The notes beneath the pieces are model-generated. The model was not told the origin of the DNA, ran no database searches, and was given only the letters and a program-made list of their open reading frames with translations. From a virus: a stretch of 44,812 nt of DNA. Made by a program: the position numbers and the translations under genes. Within the stretch, counting starts at the first letter, position 1; each line of letters starts with the position of its first letter. Below, in pieces: positions 40,077 through 44,812 of the stretch. The stretch spans positions 1 to 44,812 of the IMG/VR virus record IMGVR_UViG_3300045988_116818. The stretch is one strand, 5' to 3'.

Positions 40077-40098
40077 TATAAAACCTCCTAAGATCACG

Positions 40099-40129
40099 CC
40101 GCCAGGGGATTCCTGACGGCGGTTTTTTT
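40099..40129 (+). terminator. Hairpin plus T7 tract oriented for plus-strand transcripts (antisense to int)
   Basis: CCGCCAGG-ggatt-CCT(gac)GGCGG is followed by TTTTTTT. No U-tract is present on the minus strand. Confidence 0.35.
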
Positions 40130-40130
40130 A

Positions 40131-41066
40131 TTAGATCGACAAAGCGTCTGTGAAAGCACCCATCGCATATCTGATGTTCTCCGCCGTTGCAAGGCCGAAA
40201 GGATTTTCGGAAGAAACTGTCCTTTTAAAAAACGACAACAACTGTTCAAGGGAAAAACCCATGGATTGTCCTTTTTCCTCCAAATGCTTTGCCATATAAT
40301 AATTTTGCACAGTGGCGCTATCTCTCAACAATGTATCAACCTGCCTTGTCCACATGAAAAAGACAAGGCAATAACAAGCTAAGGATTGTTTATATTCTCC
40401 AATGCTTTGAAAGAATGTAGAAGCATTTGAAAGCACCGCCGGATATTTTGCCCTATCGTTTTCCCGATAGCAAGTTTTCATGTCCTCTTCCAATAGGCTC
40501 TTTATCAGATCTTCGGGAGAAGCGTTCGGATTTTCGTTTTTCTTCTTGATGAGGCGGTAGTGAGAGATACCCAAACTATACCGCTTATTTATGTCGAAAA
40601 CTTCATAGGGAACTAAAGCAAATTTTCCTTTTTCTGTAAGCTTGTATTTTCCTACAGGAAAGATTGCTTCCAACTCATCAATCGGGATATTGTTTAAAAT
40701 CCGTTGTACCAGTTCTCCCTTTTTTCCAGTTGCTTTTAGTTCGTGTTCTTCCAGTATGGCCTTTAGATCAGGAATAGTTTTCAAAGAAATATTGGTTTCT
40801 ATATCTGATATTTCCAGATACCCGCCGTCCAAAAGGCGGTGGAGAGCAGGCAGCACGTTCCTTCCAAATTCGCTTTGACTATAATAAGATGGAATTTCAT
40901 AGTCGGTCTGTTTCTTGGCCCAAAATCGGAGCGCCTCGGAATCTAAGTATGATATTTCAGCGCCGGCTAGGCGGTCGTCTCCCTGCTCGGACGCAGAAGG
41001 AACACCATCTCTAGATGGAGGACTATCTGTTCCTCGGTTTCTTCTTAAAAAATCCAGTAAACCCAT
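40131..41066 (-). CDS. SAP-domain-containing protein (accessory, AT-rich)
   Basis: LKTIPDLKAILEEHELKATGKKGELVQRILNN is a SAP motif. The rest of the protein was not recognised. Confidence 0.7.
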   Translation of the reverse strand: MGLLDFLRRNRGTDSPPSRDGVPSASEQGDDRLAGAEISYLDSEALRFWAKKQTDYEIPSYYSQSEFGRNVLPALHRLLDGGYLEISDIETNISLKTIPDLKAILEEHELKATGKKGELVQRILNNIPIDELEAIFPVGKYKLTEKGKFALVPYEVFDINKRYSLGISHYRLIKKKNENPNASPEDLIKSLLEEDMKTCYRENDRAKYPAVLSNASTFFQSIGEYKQSLACYCLVFFMWTRQVDTLLRDSATVQNYYMAKHLEEKGQSMGFSLEQLLSFFKRTVSSENPFGLATAENIRYAMGAFTDALSI

Positions 41067-41419
41067 CAGAACATCCTTTGCACAATGGCCTTGTAGATTT
41101 TATCGTCAACCTCCAACAAAGACCGCTTTCCGTCTTTGAACATGACCGCAAGTGTGATAGTGCCTTTACTTTTGGCTGACAGGCTCCCAGCCAGCATTCC
41201 GACCGGTCCCAGCAGGGCGCCGCCGACAATGCCGCGGGCCACGCCGGAGGTAGCACTTTTGCTGATCTCCTCAGTGATGACCTCGTAGGAGTCAATGGCG
41301 GCCTTATCCAGGAATACGTTCTCGCTCCAGCGACTACTGACCATGATCTGCGGCTGTCCGCCTAGATTGCCGACAGGCTTTCCCATGTAATCTCCTGCAA
41401 TAACCATGTTTTTTGCCAT
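41066..41419 (-). CDS. Small protein with a glycine-zipper hydrophobic segment
   Basis: GGAGG RBS precedes ATG 41419. A glycine-zipper-like TM segment reads GVARGIVGGALLGPVGMLAGSL. ATGA-type overlap with the SAP gene. Confidence 0.6.
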   Translation of the reverse strand: MAKNMVIAGDYMGKPVGNLGGQPQIMVSSRWSENVFLDKAAIDSYEVITEEISKSATSGVARGIVGGALLGPVGMLAGSLSAKSKGTITLAVMFKDGKRSLLEVDDKIYKAIVQRMF

Positions 41420-41563
41420 AGTGCATGCCTCCTTACCACCCACCGGTGGCTTTTCACTTAAATGGAAATCCATTATCAAAGTAAAATTGTGGTATAAAAG
41501 TAAAGACTACTAGATATAGGTCAATACAAAATATAAATGGAAAGAATTGTGAAAATCTGCTGA

Positions 41564-41592
41564 TTGCCTTATATTCTCCTCGGTGCTATGAT
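41564..41592 (+). promoter_or_regulatory. Promoter TTGCCT-17-TATGAT for the small plus-strand operon
   Basis: TTGCCT at 41564-69, a 17-nt spacer, TATGAT at 41587-92. Confidence 0.5.
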
Positions 41593-41606
41593 ATTATCAA
41601 ATCACT

Positions 41607-41620
41607 AGAACAAATGTTCT
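41607..41620. promoter_or_regulatory. Gram-positive LexA/DinR (Cheo-type) SOS box AGAAC-AAAT-GTTCT
   Basis: GAAC-N4-GTTC with perfect 5-bp arms lies 15 nt downstream of the -10 element. Confidence 0.55.
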
Positions 41621-41644
41621 CAAACGAGGAGGGGCAACTGGAAT

Positions 41645-41800
41645 ATGGATGAACGAGATATGACCTGCGGTGAATTGCTCAAAGAAAAAGAATTAAAAAC
41701 AATTCTCAAATTTGCTATAATGAATCTTACAAAGGAAGAAAAAGAAACTCTTTTGCGCTGGATTAAAGAAATGAAATCAAGTAAGGAGAAAGATCAATGA
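41645..41800 (+). CDS. Small Lys/Glu-rich protein (51 aa), first gene of the SOS-box operon
   Basis: GAGGAGGGG RBS. Manual translation: MDERDMTCGELLKEKELKTILKFAIMNLTKEEKETLLRWIKEMKSSKEKDQ. Confidence 0.45.
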   Translation: MDERDMTCGELLKEKELKTILKFAIMNLTKEEKETLLRWIKEMKSSKEKDQ

Positions 41801-41828
41801 ATATCAGCTACCAGTAATTGACCCAGAT

Positions 41829-42098
41829 ATGATTTTTACAAACAACCGAGCGGAAGTAGTTGAACGCATTCAGACCGGAGAGTGGGATTGTTCGCTCTGT
41901 CCGCAAATGTTCGGTTATGAGTCTGGGTGCTATGGGCTTTTCGTCCAAGATACGACCACAAAGAGAACGCGAGAGGAAGCCGAAGTGTGGCTTTCAGGTA
42001 TTGAGCGGTCTGGCCGAAAAGCGTTCAACAGTGAGCCATTCAATCCCGATGACTTTTTGGATAAACTGCCGGAGTCTCTTTATCCCAATCAAATCTGA
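41829..42098 (+). CDS. Hypothetical protein, candidate antirepressor
   Basis: 89-aa ORF downstream of the SOS-box promoter. Contains CSLCPQ...GC. Confidence 0.5.
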   Translation: MIFTNNRAEVVERIQTGEWDCSLCPQMFGYESGCYGLFVQDTTTKRTREEAEVWLSGIERSGRKAFNSEPFNPDDFLDKLPESLYPNQI

Positions 42099-42222
42099 GG
42101 ATATAGCCATTACCAAGCTCCGAAATCCCGGTATAAGCCCAACCAAGATCAATAAAACTCTGGATGATTTTGGAGGTCGATTCCTCGTCTCGATTTTTTG
42201 TAACTACTCGTTCAATTTTCAT
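42040..42222 (-). CDS. Small protein co-transcribed with the repressor
   Basis: ATGA overlap with the stop of the CI-like gene. Its 3' end overlaps the convergent ORF 41829..42098 by 59 nt. Confidence 0.45.
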   Translation of the reverse strand: MKIERVVTKNRDEESTSKIIQSFIDLGWAYTGISELGNGYILRFDWDKETPAVYPKSHRD

Positions 42223-42533
42223 TCTCTGGACTCCTTAATCTTTTTGATTCGCTCTTTAACTAAAAGCAATTCAGCATCGCTCATTCCTTCAAGTTCACTT
42301 AAAATATCCTTTGTCAAATCGTCCATCCCGGCCTCCGTTTGGAGGTCGGGATTTTTTTCGGCCCTGAACTGTTCTATAGCCGCTCTCAGTTTCTTTTCTG
42401 TTGTACCATGAGGCTTTCCTCCATTCAAAATATTTGCGATTGTGGTTTGGTGGACAACTGCTTTCTTGGACAACTCATAGTTTGTGATTTCTAATTCCTC
42501 GATCTCGCGCTTAAGCCATTGTGAAAAGTCCAT
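42219..42533 (-). CDS. CI-like XRE-family repressor (HTH only, no peptidase domain)
   Basis: ITNYELSKKAVVHQTTIANILNG is an HTH motif. The gene is divergent from the Cro-like gene and encodes only 104 aa. Confidence 0.8.
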   Translation of the reverse strand: MDFSQWLKREIEELEITNYELSKKAVVHQTTIANILNGGKPHGTTEKKLRAAIEQFRAEKNPDLQTEAGMDDLTKDILSELEGMSDAELLLVKERIKKIKESRE

Positions 42534-42587
42534 AGAAATTACCTCAAAAATTGGTCTAAATTTAATCTAGAAATAATCTAAAAAAGA

Positions 42588-42616
42588 TTGACATTACTCT
42601 AAAAATACTCTATAAT
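42588..42616 (+). promoter_or_regulatory. Perfect consensus promoter TTGACA-17-TATAAT (early rightward)
   Basis: TTGACA at 42588-93, a 17-nt spacer, TATAAT at 42611-16. The spacer and -10 element contain two TACTCTA(A/T) motifs. Confidence 0.7.
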
Positions 42617-42683
42617 TAGTCTTGCAATAGGGCGCAAAAACCCGTCCACCCCGAGATACAGAAGGGTGAATATGAAAGGCGTG

Positions 42684-42711
42684 TACTCTAACTTGTAGCA
42701 AAATTAGAGTA
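42684..42711. promoter_or_regulatory. Candidate operator palindrome TACTCTAA-N12-TTAGAGTA
   Basis: The half-site TACTCTAA also occurs at 42595-602, 42606-613 (TACTCTAT) and 42740-747. Confidence 0.5.
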
Positions 42712-42763
42712 TCACAGTTTGGAGTAGTTGTCAACGGAATACTCTAATTTAGGAGGTGATATT

Positions 42764-42991
42764 TTGTCGTTTGCTGAAAATCTCTCTGTCTTGCAAGCCA
42801 AGCACAGGGAAACAAACTACCGGTTAGCAAAGGAAATTGGCGTACATCAATCCTCTATTGCCAACTGGAAATCCGGAGTAACCCCGCACCCCAGGCATAT
42901 TCGTATAGTGGCAGAGCATTTTGGCGTAACTGTAGACGAGCTTCTTTCAGAAGACAGCAGCACCAACGGAGAAAAGGAAGCCCTCCAATGA
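42764..42991 (+). CDS. Cro-like XRE-family HTH protein (TTG start)
   Basis: AGGAGGTG lies 5 nt upstream of TTG 42764. NYRLAKEIGVHQSSIANWKSG is an HTH motif. Confidence 0.8.
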   Translation: MSFAENLSVLQAKHRETNYRLAKEIGVHQSSIANWKSGVTPHPRHIRIVAEHFGVTVDELLSEDSSTNGEKEALQ

Positions 42992-43054
42992 TAGAGGGCA
43001 GCAGAATCAAATCCAAAAATAACTGCGCACGCAAATAGAGTGAGGGGAGTGAGA

Positions 43055-43234
43055 ATGATGGACACTTTTAGAGTAACAAAAGACAAAATGTTTCTTGGAG
43101 AAAAAGAGATCGTGTGTTGCACTGGGTTCAAAATCATCGCAAAAGCAGGCGAAGACCCGGAGGTGGAGCTCCGAGTCATCGTTGAAAATGTAGATATTGA
43201 GAATTACGGTGCAGTCCCTATGCAAACGGAATAG
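43055..43234 (+). CDS. Hypothetical small protein
   Basis: GGGGAG RBS precedes ATG 43055. Confidence 0.5.
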   Translation: MMDTFRVTKDKMFLGEKEIVCCTGFKIIAKAGEDPEVELRVIVENVDIENYGAVPMQTE

Positions 43235-43553
43235 CGGACTTGATTTTGCCGAGCCAATCAAGGATTTGAGAAATACCGCCCGGAAATCTCTGTTCCATGT
43301 AGATGATTCCTTCATCTTCAAGTTGGAAGCCTCCGAGGACAAATCTCTTCACGAACCCCTTCGACTTGAGTTCGTTTAGCGATTCTAAAAAGTCCGGTAA
43401 TCCAGCATCTTTCGGAAAAGATTCAGGCCATTGGTCGCGGGAAGAAAAATCTTTTGCAGTCTTCTTCGATGCCCCGGATTCTCTCCTTGCGAGATATTCC
43501 TTATAAATCAAACAAATAGCCTTATCTGCATCTTTTGTTAGGTTAATTTCCAC
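43218..43553 (-). CDS. Hypothetical protein, possibly YjcQ-like winged helix (GTG start)
   Basis: GGGAGGTGAAA RBS precedes GTG 43553. LTKDADKAICLIYKEYLARR. Confidence 0.5.
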   Translation of the reverse strand: MEINLTKDADKAICLIYKEYLARRESGASKKTAKDFSSRDQWPESFPKDAGLPDFLESLNELKSKGFVKRFVLGGFQLEDEGIIYMEQRFPGGISQILDWLGKIKSAIPFA

Positions 43554-43679
43554 AGTTTCACCTCCCTTCTTTCTGGATTGTAACACAGAAAAGCATGGAG
43601 GGAAAAGCTAAATTTCAAAAAAACGTGAGCTGTTTGCACATTCTGAAGATCAAGGTGTATGAGGGGGGGGTAAGCATCA

Positions 43680-43862
43680 GTGCTGACAGTGCGCTTACTG
43701 ATTTATCTAATCATGTCATTAGCGTTTATGTTTTCTTCTCTAATATCATGCGACATTATAAAGCAACATCCGGAGAGCAACAAACCTTGGCTCATTGCGC
43801 TACCGTCACTGATACTGACGGTCATGCTCTTGGTGGTCATGGTACATGACTTACTTTCTTAA
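43680..43862 (+). CDS. Possible small two-TM membrane protein (GTG start)
   Basis: GAGGGGGGG lies 8 nt upstream. Two hydrophobic helices. Convergent with the next gene. Confidence 0.35.
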   Translation: MLTVRLLIYLIMSLAFMFSSLISCDIIKQHPESNKPWLIALPSLILTVMLLVVMVHDLLS

Positions 43863-44282
43863 ATCTTTTTGCATAGAGATTACCAAATTTTCTGTAATTT
43901 CTTCATATTCAGAAAGTAACTTTGAAAAATTTGGGGGTGGATTCAATTTCATAGTGGAAATAAGTGTGATGCTATCTTTATATGAGCGTATCAGTTCAGC
44001 AGATCCAGGTGACGCGAATAGAAGCGCTTTTGTATAAGCGTCCATAAATCTGGTCACCTGTTGTTGATTGAAGGTATCAGAAAATTCACCGCCTACTTTC
44101 AGCAGTTCGTAATAGGCAGAAATCGTCTCCTGAAGTATCAATTCTGCCTGTTTTGATTTCCGTGCTCCACGTTGGGTTATAAAAGCCGAAAGAACGGAGC
44201 AAATAGAAACGGCAGCAATAGAAACTACAGATGCAATGATAGTGGTGTTAATAGATATCGCATTAACTAATTCATTTTCCAT
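43851..44282 (-). CDS. N-terminally membrane-anchored protein (accessory; superinfection-exclusion/Abi-type candidate)
   Basis: AAAGGAGGT RBS. A TM segment TTIIASVVSIAAVSICSVLSAFI is followed by a helical domain. It has its own promoter. Confidence 0.65.
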   Translation of the reverse strand: MENELVNAISINTTIIASVVSIAAVSICSVLSAFITQRGARKSKQAELILQETISAYYELLKVGGEFSDTFNQQQVTRFMDAYTKALLFASPGSAELIRSYKDSITLISTMKLNPPPNFSKLLSEYEEITENLVISMQKDLRK

Positions 44283-44303
44283 TTTTATACCTCCTTTGCG
44301 GCT

Positions 44304-44332
44304 ATTCTACCAAAACAGAAAGAAGGTGACAA
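44304..44332 (-). promoter_or_regulatory. Promoter TTGTCA-17-(TGg)TAGAAT for gene 43851..44282
   Basis: The minus strand reads TTGTCA (44332-27), a 17-nt spacer ending in TGG, then TAGAAT (44309-04). Confidence 0.55.
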
Positions 44333-44575
44333 TGGTATGCCAGCAAAGTGGACTGCTGACCTTCTTGGCGAGACGCACTTGATCGGGCGGCACATGACCC
44401 TGGCATTCATTTGATGGAACTGAAGGAGCTGGTGTCCAGTGCATACCCGGAGGATGCCTAAAAAATCCCCCGCCGTGTTCGCAGCACGACGAGGGCAAGG
44501 GTTGAGGCACCACACGACAATCCCTTTGAGAGCAGTATACAGCCTCCAAAGGGAAAAAGCAAGGGGGAGGATTTT

Positions 44576-44812
44576 ATGCCAAGAACAAAATTAGACCGGC
44601 TATCCGACAACCCGGAGACATACCGGAAAACGGTGAACCGTGTTGTGAGGTCAGCAATGGCAAGGAATGATATGACATCAATGGCGGTGCTTGGACGTTC
44701 TCTGGGATTATCACAGACCCAAATCCAATACCGCTTTCGGACAGGGTGGGGAGACTTTGAGTTATTTAAACTAAACCGGATGCTCGCTTTCACAGAAGAT
44801 GAACAAAAAAAG
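44576..44812 (+). CDS. HTH DNA-binding protein, 5' part (continues at 1..117 across the genome junction; about 84 aa in total)
   Basis: AAGGGGGAGG RBS precedes ATG 44576. The candidate HTH is MAVLGRSLGLSQTQIQYRF. There is no stop before the window end. Confidence 0.7.
   Translation, partial: MPRTKLDRLSDNPETYRKTVNRVVRSAMARNDMTSMAVLGRSLGLSQTQIQYRFRTGWGDFELFKLNRMLAFTEDEQKK
44714..44812 (+). repeat. Terminal direct repeat, right copy (identical to 1..99)
   Basis: Same 99-nt string as 1..99. Confidence 0.97.

Larger units (their letters stand above)
1..44812. mobile_element. Complete temperate contractile-tailed (PBSX/Xkd-like) phage genome, circular or terminally redundant; non-redundant length 44,713 bp
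   Basis: All phage modules are present: recombination/replication, terminase, portal, capsid, sheath/tube/TMP, baseplate, lysis, integrase, CI/Cro. There is an exact 99-bp repeat at both window ends and an internal attP beside the integrase. Confidence 0.9.

Noticed and set aside
42640-42690. 8-codon mini-ORF (MKGVYSNL) in the cro leader.
   Set aside because: It is too short to evaluate and probably fortuitous. It is noted only because the leader is unusually long.
43595-43849. 84-aa plus-strand ORF.
   Set aside because: It has no RBS and an implausible composition. It overlaps the more gene-like two-TM ORF 43680..43862 in another frame.
44337-44470. Short plus-strand ORFs (MPAKWTADLLGETHLIGRHMTLAFI, then MELKELVSSAYPEDA), considered as a possible frameshifted pseudogene.
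   Set aside because: They are too short, have no RBS, and overlap the promoter of the minus-strand gene. I could not establish similarity to a known family, so this is left uncalled.

Overview
The window is a complete temperate dsDNA phage genome. Bases 1-99 are identical to 44714-44812, so the non-redundant length is 44,713 bp, and one gene reads across that junction.

The tail is contractile and PBSX/Xkd-like. Three features suggest a Gram-positive, Clostridia-type host: an SLH-like lysin tail, a GAAC-N4-GTTC SOS box, and encoded CCA ends.

Gene order:
- **Junction:** an HTH gene spanning the window ends.
- **Early region:** a membrane-anchored 3D-domain protein, a Rad52/Sak-like annealing protein, a YqaJ-type exonuclease, a NinB-like protein, HNH, SSB, a DnaD-like replisome organizer, a resolvase-like nuclease, Lar-like, YopX and DUF551 proteins, and many small zinc-ribbon ORFs.
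- **Non-coding gap:** a 774-nt ORF-free, highly structured region with two imperfect tRNA cloverleaves.
- **Head genes:** small and large terminase, portal, a MuF head-morphogenesis protein with a toxin-like C-terminus and a downstream immunity-like gene, scaffold, and capsid.
- **Tail genes:** connectors, sheath, tube, a chaperone with a canonical -1 frameshift, and the tape measure. An autonomous antisense gene follows, then the XkdP-to-XkdU-like baseplate, an 839-aa fibre with a foreign-looking AT-rich glycine-rich tip, and XkdX.
- **Lysis region:** a hidden type I toxin-antitoxin-like RNA/peptide locus, a holin, and a three-domain endolysin.
- **Lysogeny region (AT-richer):** attP mimicking a tmRNA/tRNA-Ala 3' end with arm repeats, a tyrosine integrase, accessory minus-strand genes, an SOS-box-controlled small operon, and a CI/Cro-type switch.

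All family calls come from motif recognition by eye. No HMM, BLAST, tRNAscan or folding program was run. Several long ORFs in the supplied track are antisense shadows of GC-rich genes and were not called.
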